Assembly (NCBI GenBank): GCA_043813605.1
Contig: JBDRKX010000052.1
Location: 1-29,617 of the forward strand
DNA length: 29,617 nt
Source of the DNA: Elusimicrobiota bacterium
GTDB taxonomy: Bacteria; CG03; SLGR01; JBDRKX01
Direction: 5' to 3'
The position numbers and the translations under genes were made by a program. The notes beneath the pieces were generated by a model that saw nothing but the letters and a program-made list of their open reading frames with translations, made no database searches and had not been told where the DNA came from. This document shows positions 9,787 to 17,378 of the stretch, piece after piece. The first letter of the stretch is position 1. The number at the start of each line of letters is the position of its first letter.

Positions 9787-10698
9787 ATGAATAAGAATAA
9801 GTTACTGGCAGTTGTATTTATAATAGCGTGCGCAGTCAGTAGTTTCTCTGCACCGGTAGATCATAAAATAGTCCGCATAGCTGCCGGCGGTGAGAATATC
9901 TATTTTTTCAATGAAAAGAACCAGATAATGAAATATGAGTTTGATAAAGACAAATGGGTTACGATACTGGATAGTGTAAAAGACAATATCACATTGCTGG
10001 TAGCTTCGGGTGATGAACTGTGTTTCGCTGATGAAACCGGCCGGGCGCTCAGGTACCTGGGTGAACCTAATAAGTGGGAGACCATCGCATATAATGAAAA
10101 GGCAAAACTGAAATCCATAGAGATAGACGGGAAAGATATCTATATATCCGATTCAGCCGGCCGTCTTTATAAATACAGGGGGGAGCCTCATAAATGGGAT
10201 ATAATAGCATTTGCAGAAGGCCGTACTATTATAGATATCGAAGCCACCGGCGGTAAACTGTATACTCTTGATTCAACCGGCGTGGTATACGAATATCTGG
10301 GCGAACCTCATAAATGGAACGATATAGCGTACAGCAGTAAATCTACTATACTTGAGATGTCTTTGGACGATGGCGAACTGTATATACGGGATTCCGCCAA
10401 CATGGTTGACAGGTACCTCGGCAGGCCTCACCAGTGGGAAAATATCGCTTACAGCAAGGATGTATCCATTACCGGGATAATGGCAGGTAACGGGAACCTG
10501 TATATCAGGGACTCAAAAAACACTATTGACAAGTACCTTGGAAAACCGCATAAATGGGAAGTTATAGCTGATGCCGGAGAAGACGCTATTTTGGATATGG
10601 CTGCTAATAAAAACGGTTTTTATATTATGGATGCCAATAGTCAGGTAGATGAATATTTGGGCCGGCCTCATAAATGGCTGCCGATAGCTACAAGGTAG
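9787..10698 (+). CDS. Secreted repeat protein, probable 7-bladed beta-propeller (tectonin/lectin-like)
   Basis: Sec-type signal peptide (MNKNKLLAVVFIIACAVSSFSA). Six clear ~40-aa repeats with YxGxP(H/N)(K/Q)WxxIA plus one degenerate first copy. AGGAGA RBS. Confidence 0.75.
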   Translation: MNKNKLLAVVFIIACAVSSFSAPVDHKIVRIAAGGENIYFFNEKNQIMKYEFDKDKWVTILDSVKDNITLLVASGDELCFADETGRALRYLGEPNKWETIAYNEKAKLKSIEIDGKDIYISDSAGRLYKYRGEPHKWDIIAFAEGRTIIDIEATGGKLYTLDSTGVVYEYLGEPHKWNDIAYSSKSTILEMSLDDGELYIRDSANMVDRYLGRPHQWENIAYSKDVSITGIMAGNGNLYIRDSKNTIDKYLGKPHKWEVIADAGEDAILDMAANKNGFYIMDANSQVDEYLGRPHKWLPIATR

Positions 10699-10710
10699 GC
10701 GGCTGTTTTT

Positions 10711-11466
10711 TTACTCTTTTTTCCTGTCCTTAAGGAAATCAAACAGGTCGCCCGGCAGCGGAAAAAGAATAACAGGGCTCTTGCCGTCTGTTATGCCGCG
10801 TATTGTCTGCAGGTACCTGAGTTTCAGTGCCACGGGATCCGAACCGATTATTTTTGAAGCTTCAACCAGGTTTACGGCAACCTGTTTCTCTCCCTCGGAT
10901 TCGATGATCTTGGCGCGTCTTTCTCTTTCGGTCTCAGCCTGTTTTGCCATGGCGCGTTTCATTACTTCGGGAAGCGCCACTTCCTTTATTTCCACTATAT
11001 CCACTTTAACTCCCCAGGGTGTTGTCTGATTATCGATGATCTCCCTGAGTTTCTGATTGATGATATCGCGTTTTGAGAGAAGTTCGTCAAGATCGGATTG
11101 TCCCAGCACGCTGCGGAGCGTGGTCTGCGCAATAAGAAAAGTCGACTGGTAATAATTAGCGATCTCCACGAGCGCTTTGCCCGGTTCAGTGATCTTGAAA
11201 TAAACCACTGCGTCGACCGTAACAGGTACGTTGTCGCGGGTCATTATCTCCTGCCTGGGCACATCTATCGATATGAGCCTGAGATCGGTTTTTACCATCC
11301 TGTCTATAAGAGGGATAATAAATATAAGGCCGGGGCCTTTTACTTTGCTGAACCTTCCCAGGCGGAAGATCACTCCCCGTTCGTATTCGCGCAATATCTT
11401 TAAAGATGAGGCTGCCAGTATTATTAAAACCAGTATTTTGAGTGCCGGGCTGAGAAAATCCTGCAT
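10711..11466 (-). CDS. SPFH/band-7 (stomatin-like, slipin) membrane protein
   Basis: N-terminal TM, then REYERGVIFRLGR..KGPGL.FIIP.ID, TRDNVPVTVDAVVYF, AQTTLRSVLG, MAKQAETERERRAKII, ALKLRYLQT. AGGAGG RBS before the ATG at 11466 (MQDFL...). Confidence 0.93.
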   Translation of the reverse strand: MQDFLSPALKILVLIILAASSLKILREYERGVIFRLGRFSKVKGPGLIFIIPLIDRMVKTDLRLISIDVPRQEIMTRDNVPVTVDAVVYFKITEPGKALVEIANYYQSTFLIAQTTLRSVLGQSDLDELLSKRDIINQKLREIIDNQTTPWGVKVDIVEIKEVALPEVMKRAMAKQAETERERRAKIIESEGEKQVAVNLVEASKIIGSDPVALKLRYLQTIRGITDGKSPVILFPLPGDLFDFLKDRKKE

Positions 11467-11737
11467 ATTTTTCCTCCTAATATATCCTGCCGAAATATCC
11501 TGCTGATAACAAATGTTTATCATAAATGCATATATGTTGTCAATAGAGTGATTAAAGGATTCTGATGTAGTGATTGTGGCAATCGCAAAATGTATATTCC
11601 ATTAGTTATAAATAGGTGAATAGAGAATAAATCCTTTCATATTTCACATGTTTTTTACATTCTCTTCGTAAATCTTTCATAAGATAATTGTACACTTTTA
11701 ATGAAAGTTAGGCATTATACAGAAAAAGGAGTGAAAG

Positions 11738-12262
11738 ATGGATAAGAAAAAATTATTTTTGGAAGATCTTGAACAGAGAAAAAGCACATCTTCATTTATT
11801 GTGGCGATACCTGTTACCAGTGGAAACATGGAAACCGGCGCCAGCGGTTTTAAAAATGCAAATGAAAGCGGAGTTGTTATTGCGGTTGAAAAATACGGCC
11901 CGGGACCTATAATCGATGTTGAGAAATACGGCCCGGGACCTATAATCGATGTTGTGAAATACGGTCCAGCGCCTACGCCGATAGATCCAAGTCCGATCCA
12001 TTTAAAATACGGTCCATCGCCTACGCCGATAGACCCGACGCCAATACATCCCATGTACGGTATAGAACCTACTCCTGTACCTGTACAGCCGATGTACGGT
12101 ATAGAGCCTATGCCACCTGTTCAGCCGATGTACGGTATAGAACCTACTCCTGTACCTGTACAGCCGATGTACGGCATAGAGCCTACGCCTGTACCTGTAC
12201 AGCCGATGTACGGTGTAGAAGTAGAATCGCATACTCATTGGTGGCATCGGTTTACACAGTAA
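11738..12262 (+). CDS. Putative RiPP precursor peptide with tandem XYG motifs (spliceotide-like)
   Basis: AAGGAG RBS. A ~50-aa Tyr-free leader (KKLFLEDLEQR...) is followed by Pro-rich repeats with 4 KYG and 5 MYG, then a HTHWWHRFTQ tail. It lies between two rSAM/SPASM genes and is followed by a terminator. Confidence 0.8.
   Translation: MDKKKLFLEDLEQRKSTSSFIVAIPVTSGNMETGASGFKNANESGVVIAVEKYGPGPIIDVEKYGPGPIIDVVKYGPAPTPIDPSPIHLKYGPSPTPIDPTPIHPMYGIEPTPVPVQPMYGIEPMPPVQPMYGIEPTPVPVQPMYGIEPTPVPVQPMYGVEVESHTHWWHRFTQ
11885..12214 (+). repeat. In-frame tandem coding repeats of the precursor (33-nt, 48-nt and 36/39-nt units)
   Basis: KYGPGPIIDV(E/V) units of 33 nt, KYGPxPTPIDPxPIHx units of 48 nt, and MYGIEPTPVPVQP / MYGIEPMPPVQP units of 39/36 nt. 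Copies differ largely at synonymous positions (ggt/ggc, gaa/gag, act/acg). Confidence 0.95.
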
Positions 12263-12303
12263 TGAATAAAATACGGGATTGACATAAATCTACAATCTAT
12301 CAC

Positions 12304-12344
12304 AAACAGGAGGCTTTCAGATATCTGAAAGCCTCTTGTTTTTT
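12304..12344 (+). terminator. Intrinsic (rho-independent) terminator downstream of the precursor gene
   Basis: aaacaggaggctttcag-atat-ctgaaagcctcttgttt forms a 17-bp stem with one G-U pair and runs into a T-tract. Confidence 0.85.
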
Positions 12345-12406
12345 ATTGCCAAAGAAGTTATAAATACTATCAGTAAAAGTCAGGATTCGGCATAAGGAGG
12401 CTGTTG

Positions 12407-13549
12407 ATGAATCTTAGAGCAAAACCGATGGAGATACAATGGGCTGAAAACTACCAGTGCCAGTATAAAAGAGGTGAACTGAAACCGACATATGTGCAGT
12501 GGATATGTACATACAAGTGTAATTTCCATTGTCCGCATTGCGGTACTGCCGCAGGAGACGCGCGGCCGGATGAACTGAAAACGCATGAGATACTTAGAGC
12601 GCTGAGCGATCTTTCTGACCTTGGATGCGACATATTCTCTGTAACAGGCGGGGAACCGCTTCTCCGTTATGATATTTTCGAAGTCCTCAGTTATGCAAAA
12701 GCAAAGGGTATGAAGGTGGGGATAGTGACTAACGGGTACGCTACGGAAGACTATATGCCGCAACTCGAAAAACTGGGTCTTTTTTCGGTTTTGATAAGTA
12801 TCGACGGTTACGGAAAAAACCATGATGAAGTGCGCGGAACCAAAGGTTCATATGAAAGATGTATCAACAGTATAGGACTTTACAAGAAACTGGGGGTTCC
12901 AATCGTGGCGGTATCGACCGTAATGCTCCCTGATAATGTAAAATACATACCTGAAATAATAGAAGATGTGCAGAAAATGGGTTGTACCAAGCAGCGGATA
13001 CAGCCGCTTGTCCCTGAAGGAAGGGCAAAGGGGACGAAGAACCCGCCGGAAGTCGTAAAAGAGGCTTTCAGGGCTGTGCTTGAAGCCAGGAGAAAAGGAA
13101 TAAACATAGAGATAAGCGAAGGCTGCGGCTACCTCGGGCCGCTGGCAGATGCAGTACGTAATGCGAGGTTTTTCTGCGCTTGCGGCTGGAGTACGTTCAC
13201 TATAATGCAGGACGGGAATGTCATGGGATGCCCGGCGCTCGATTACCCGGAACTCGGCGAGGGAAACATACGCGATAAGAGTCTTAAAGAAATATGGAGA
13301 GACGGTTTCGGAAAATTCAGGGAAACTGTTTTCGATGATCTTACACAGAAATGCAAAGATTGTGAATACCTTCAGTTATGCCGCGGAGCCTGCTGGCTGT
13401 TCAGGGCCAATAAAGCGGATCCGTGTTTCCTTAACGAGGCAGAAGAAGTCGCCGCTGAACTCGGTATTACGGCAGAACCGAAAAAAACCGAAACAGCGGA
13501 CTGCTGCTGTGAAAACAGTGAAGATCCCTCAGATACCTGCAGCGGGTAG
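12407..13549 (+). CDS. Second radical SAM/SPASM peptide-modifying enzyme (candidate splicease or other RiPP maturase)
   Basis: WICTYKCNFHCPHCG (CxxxCxxC), VTGGEP, ISIDG. SPASM cysteines in EGCGYLG...FFCACG...DGNVMGCPAL...CKDCEYLQLCRGAC...PC. AGGAGG lies 6 nt before the ATG at 12407. Extra C-terminal tail DCCCENSEDPSDTCSG. Confidence 0.9.
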   Translation: MNLRAKPMEIQWAENYQCQYKRGELKPTYVQWICTYKCNFHCPHCGTAAGDARPDELKTHEILRALSDLSDLGCDIFSVTGGEPLLRYDIFEVLSYAKAKGMKVGIVTNGYATEDYMPQLEKLGLFSVLISIDGYGKNHDEVRGTKGSYERCINSIGLYKKLGVPIVAVSTVMLPDNVKYIPEIIEDVQKMGCTKQRIQPLVPEGRAKGTKNPPEVVKEAFRAVLEARRKGINIEISEGCGYLGPLADAVRNARFFCACGWSTFTIMQDGNVMGCPALDYPELGEGNIRDKSLKEIWRDGFGKFRETVFDDLTQKCKDCEYLQLCRGACWLFRANKADPCFLNEAEEVAAELGITAEPKKTETADCCCENSEDPSDTCSG

Positions 13550-13576
13550 GTTTTTGAATACAAAAGGTAGCTGAGG

Positions 13577-14530
13577 TTGGATAAAAAACCGGATACATCC
13601 TGTCAGACCCCTCTCAGGGATGATTTTCATCTTGCTTTCAGGTTCAGTTACGGCAAGATGGATGACGGAACGATATGGATATATCCCCCGTCACAAAATC
13701 TTTTTCATGTAGGAGAACTCACGCTCAGGGTCATACTGGAGATGAATTCAGGGTCGCATGTGGACACGGTATGCAGGAAATATCAAATATCGGAAGAGGA
13801 AGTGAGGTCGATACTTGCCCGGTTCCAGCGTGAAAAAGCTATTGTCCAGCCGAAATACGGAAAGATCGCCCGAAAAGACAGAAAAGACGATATAAGCCTG
13901 ACTGCCCTGATGCTGGTTATGCTCGTGCTCGGCATAATACAGGTGGACTATTTCAGGTATCATGCAAAAACCCTGCTGCTGGATAACTGGTATGACGGCG
14001 CGCTGGTCGGGGCGGTAGCGCTCGCCGTGATATTTTTTCACGAACTGGGCCATTACCTGACGGCAAAAAAGTATCTGGGTATCAAACCCAAATACGGGTT
14101 TACATTCCTTTTTGTTTTTCCTGCGGTATATGTCGATACGCATCTTGCATGGACGCTACCGCGGAACATGAGGATACTGATAAACGCGAGCGGATGTATT
14201 GCCGACCTTATGGTGAACACGGTATTAGTGGTTCTGGCCATGTCGTATCCGGCGCTGGAATATTTTGTCACGCCGCTCCTTATTACGCAGTATACCCGCT
14301 GGTCAGTAGTACTCAATCCTTTATATAAAGGTGACGGTTACTGGCTGCTGGCTGACAGTCTGGGTGTTGTGAATTTGATGAAAAAAGGGTGGAATAACCT
14401 GTTCCGGTTGAAACTTAACCTGTATTCACTTTTCGGGTTGATGGCTCTCGTGATGATGTCTTTTTCAATGATGGGCCTGTCCTGGCTCCTGTTCAATATA
14501 TTTAAAGGCTTTATCCTGAAGTTCATATAA
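13577..14530 (+). CDS. M50 (site-2-like) membrane metalloprotease with an N-terminal PqqD/RRE-like domain
   Basis: HELGH (14039-14053) in a TM helix, YVDT...INASG, LNPLYKGDGY (NPxxxxDG motif) and several TM segments. The N-terminal ~90 aa show a three-strand then three-helix winged-helix pattern (FRFSYGKMDDGTIWIYPP..NLFHVGELTLRVILEM..GSHVDTVCRKYQISEEEVRSILARF). TTG start is uncertain. Confidence 0.8.
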   Translation: MDKKPDTSCQTPLRDDFHLAFRFSYGKMDDGTIWIYPPSQNLFHVGELTLRVILEMNSGSHVDTVCRKYQISEEEVRSILARFQREKAIVQPKYGKIARKDRKDDISLTALMLVMLVLGIIQVDYFRYHAKTLLLDNWYDGALVGAVALAVIFFHELGHYLTAKKYLGIKPKYGFTFLFVFPAVYVDTHLAWTLPRNMRILINASGCIADLMVNTVLVVLAMSYPALEYFVTPLLITQYTRWSVVLNPLYKGDGYWLLADSLGVVNLMKKGWNNLFRLKLNLYSLFGLMALVMMSFSMMGLSWLLFNIFKGFILKFI

Positions 14531-14663
14531 TATTCAACCGGTAAGCGGTATATGCATTTGACAATACCGGATTCATATATTAATAATGAGTAGTCGCACT
14601 GGTAAAATAATAATTAGATATATTAATATATGCTAAACAACATAATTAACACCTAATTATAAT

Positions 14664-14693
14664 TTGACAGTATCCGGCGAAAAAATATAAAAT
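14664..14693 (+). promoter_or_regulatory. Candidate sigma70 promoter for the efflux operon
   Basis: Perfect TTGACA at 14664-14669, then TATAAA (16-nt spacer) or TAAAAT (18-nt spacer), in an AT-rich intergenic region just before the TolC ATG. Confidence 0.4.
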
Positions 14694-14708
14694 ACAGAAT
14701 ATAAAATT

Positions 14709-16127
14709 ATGATTAAAAGATTTCTATATATAATTCTATTACTGATATCCCTCCTTTCCGTTACCTGTATATATGCTGATGATGACGATAAGGATGTGTC
14801 TACATACGTGAGGTATGCGGTTGAGAACAGGAGAGAGATCCGGATCGCGGATGAACAGGTTACGCTTGCAAAGCTCAGGGTAGTGAATTCCGCGCGCGGG
14901 CTGGGGCCTGCCGTAATAATGCAGTATACTGAATCCGATGGAGAGACCATGACTGATCCGTACCAGGCCAAGGCATATCTTATCAAGCTCAACCAGTCTG
15001 TTTTCCACGGCGGCAAGAGGTATAATACGCTCAGAAGGGAGATGGAGGGCCACAAGGTTGCCAGGAGCGAATACAGGAAAGCGGAACAGAACGTGAAGTA
15101 TGAAGCCCTTAAGACATATTACAATGCCCTGCTGAACCAGGAAAAAAATAAGGATATAGATGAACTCATAAAGAGATCGGCCAGTGAATTTATAGTATCT
15201 GAAAAGAAACATACTGCCCTAATCGTGACACAGGTTGAATTCCTGGAAATAGAGGACCTTAAAGAAGAGATGTTTCTTGACAAAAAGATGCGGGGATACG
15301 AGTTATCTCTCTCTGTCCTTGACCTCAAAGCCGCATGCAACATAAGGAACGAAGTAGAGGTTGACCTGTCAGGCCATACTGTCCGGAAGGCGGAAAGCGA
15401 CATGGACCTTGAAATGGAAAATTACAAGGATCTGGCGATGAAAAACCGGCCGGAGATACAGGGACTGGAGGCGCTTGTAGCGCAGACCGGTTATGATGAA
15501 AAAGTGGCAAAAGGCGACAAGTGGCCGCTTTTCAGTATCGAAGGGTCGGTCGGGAAGAGCGGCGAAGCTTATGTCGACCAGGATCTTGTGATGGCGACAG
15601 AATGGTCCGTTTTCGGCAATATGGAGTGGATATTCTGGGGTAATTCGCTGGGCGGCAAATACGGCCAGAAGAAGACGGAGCCTTCCGAGATACTTGATGC
15701 CTCGGTCAGGACCAAGACAACAGACAGGTTCATCCAGCTCGGCATACTCGACCGGCTGGACTACTATTACAACAAGCAGGAAAAGATAATATCTTCCGCA
15801 CAGGCCATGAAAGATCTCGAGGATATGAAGAAAAAAGTGGAAATGGAAGTCGAGAAAAGCTACAATAACATGAGGATATCCGCGGAACTGATGGAACTTG
15901 CAAAACATAAGATAGAGTTGAATAAGAAAAAAGTGGAAATTGTCGAGAAGAAAAATATGCTGGGCGAAGCGACTTCAAAGGATTATATAGAGTCGATGAT
16001 GAAACTTTCGGTTGAGAAGGATGCGTACGCGGAATCGGTAGTGAAGTATAATATTGCCCTGGCGGAATTGAAGATAAGCAGCGGTATCGATGTCTGCCCG
16101 GTAAGGTTGGGAAAGAAGAAGGGGTGA
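14709..16127 (+). CDS. TolC-family outer membrane efflux protein
   Basis: Signal peptide, two OEP-like halves (YAVENRREI...LNQSVFHGG...YYNAL; AMKNRPEI...WPLFSIEG...VEKSYNN...YNIALAELKISSG), first gene of an OMF-MFP-RND operon. Confidence 0.85.
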   Translation: MIKRFLYIILLLISLLSVTCIYADDDDKDVSTYVRYAVENRREIRIADEQVTLAKLRVVNSARGLGPAVIMQYTESDGETMTDPYQAKAYLIKLNQSVFHGGKRYNTLRREMEGHKVARSEYRKAEQNVKYEALKTYYNALLNQEKNKDIDELIKRSASEFIVSEKKHTALIVTQVEFLEIEDLKEEMFLDKKMRGYELSLSVLDLKAACNIRNEVEVDLSGHTVRKAESDMDLEMENYKDLAMKNRPEIQGLEALVAQTGYDEKVAKGDKWPLFSIEGSVGKSGEAYVDQDLVMATEWSVFGNMEWIFWGNSLGGKYGQKKTEPSEILDASVRTKTTDRFIQLGILDRLDYYYNKQEKIISSAQAMKDLEDMKKKVEMEVEKSYNNMRISAELMELAKHKIELNKKKVEIVEKKNMLGEATSKDYIESMMKLSVEKDAYAESVVKYNIALAELKISSGIDVCPVRLGKKKG

Positions 16128-16133
16128 TCACAA

Positions 16134-17378
16134 ATGCTTGATAAATCAGGAATAAAAGACATCCCGTCTGTAAAATATTTCCTTAAGATCGTAGGTAAGC
16201 TGAAACCTCCTGACAGGTTTCTGACATTCAGTTATATAAGGAATTTCACGATCGCTTATATAGTGCTTCTTGCTCCTCTTGTGGCCTACTCCATATACAA
16301 GGTAAAACAGATGCCTCCACCGGGCGAAGGGGAAGGAGAAGCCACAGAAGCTACTGCTTTCATGCCTATGGTAAAAGTGATAAAAGTGAACCGGGGCGAT
16401 TTCAATGATGCGCTTTCCGTAAACGGAACGGTTAAAGGCACATCCGAAGTGGAGCTTAAGTTCGAAATATCAGGTAAGATAGCTTCTTTCAATTTCCGTG
16501 AAGGGGATTTCGTCTCAAAGGGCGAGAACATAATTTCACTTGATTCAGAGGATGTTATGACAAGATTGAGGCATGCCAAAACAAAGCTCCAGTCTGCCGA
16601 CTCCCGGTACGGCGCGGCAAAAGAAAAACTCAATGTTTACAGGGACCTGTATGATATGGGCGCCATAATAAAGGCAAAACTCAATGAGATGGAGTTGAGT
16701 GTGGATGGTTTGAAATCCGAGGTGGATACAGCTAAAGCAGAAGTGGACATGGCTCAGTCGGTCCTGGAAAAAACTGTCATTACTTCAGCGGAAGACGGCG
16801 TGATGGGTGCGAAGAAAGTTGAAGTTTCAGATTATGTTTCCCCGACGGATATAGTCGGTACTTTTCTTGAGGTTAAGAACGTTTTCGTGGAAATGGGGGT
16901 AATAGAAAAGGATATAAAAAAGGTTCTTATCGGTCAGAAAGTGAAGGTAAAAGTAGATGCCTACGCGGAAACGATATTCTGGGGCAGGGTAGATAATATA
17001 TCGCAGATGATCATTGGGGAGACGAGGACATTGCCGGTAAAAGTCATTATATCCAATCCCGGGCAGAAACTTATTTCCGGTATGTATGCAGACTGTGAGA
17101 TATTTCTGGCGGAGTTCACGAACAAGATAATTATTCCCGTATCAAGTGTTATAAACCTTGGGAAGATGGTAGTTGTACCTATCGTAAAGACTACTGACGG
17201 CATTACGGGAGTCGTGGAACTGCGTAAAATAGAGACGGAGTATTCGTCTCCTTCGTATACTGTGGTCGAAGACGGACTGGAATCAAAAGACCTTGTTGTC
17301 ATGGAGACACAGCAGCCTTTAAAAGACGGAATGAATGTAAAAATAATAGAAGTCATCGAACTGAACATAGATGATTGA
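16134..17378 (+). CDS. RND periplasmic adaptor (membrane fusion protein)
   Basis: Single N-terminal TM, lipoyl halves (ELKFEISGKI...EGDFVSKGE; ITSAEDGVM), alpha-hairpin, VKVKVDAY...GRVDNIS...TRTLPVKV.I.NPGQKLISGMYA. Confidence 0.9.
   Translation: MLDKSGIKDIPSVKYFLKIVGKLKPPDRFLTFSYIRNFTIAYIVLLAPLVAYSIYKVKQMPPPGEGEGEATEATAFMPMVKVIKVNRGDFNDALSVNGTVKGTSEVELKFEISGKIASFNFREGDFVSKGENIISLDSEDVMTRLRHAKTKLQSADSRYGAAKEKLNVYRDLYDMGAIIKAKLNEMELSVDGLKSEVDTAKAEVDMAQSVLEKTVITSAEDGVMGAKKVEVSDYVSPTDIVGTFLEVKNVFVEMGVIEKDIKKVLIGQKVKVKVDAYAETIFWGRVDNISQMIIGETRTLPVKVIISNPGQKLISGMYADCEIFLAEFTNKIIIPVSSVINLGKMVVVPIVKTTDGITGVVELRKIETEYSSPSYTVVEDGLESKDLVVMETQQPLKDGMNVKIIEVIELNIDD

Noticed and set aside
9787..10698. 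YLG/YRG repeats of the propeller as rSAM substrate sites
   Set aside because: They are Y-x-G rather than X-Y-G and fit structural blade positions in a folded secreted protein.
11885..12214. Tandem 33-48-nt repeats as a CRISPR array
   Set aside because: No unique spacers, unit lengths are multiples of three, variation is largely synonymous, and no cas genes are present. These are coding repeats.
11698..12247. Minus-strand repetitive ORFs (11698-12054, 11792-12001, 12002-12247)
   Set aside because: They are shadows of the + strand repeat gene, which has the RBS and downstream terminator.
8576..13549. rSAMs as heme (AhbC/AhbD/NirJ) or PQQ biosynthesis enzymes
   Set aside because: No siroheme/heme or pqq genes are nearby, and the precursor-like ORF plus RRE-protease context favours peptide modification. 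Not fully excluded without HMM searches.
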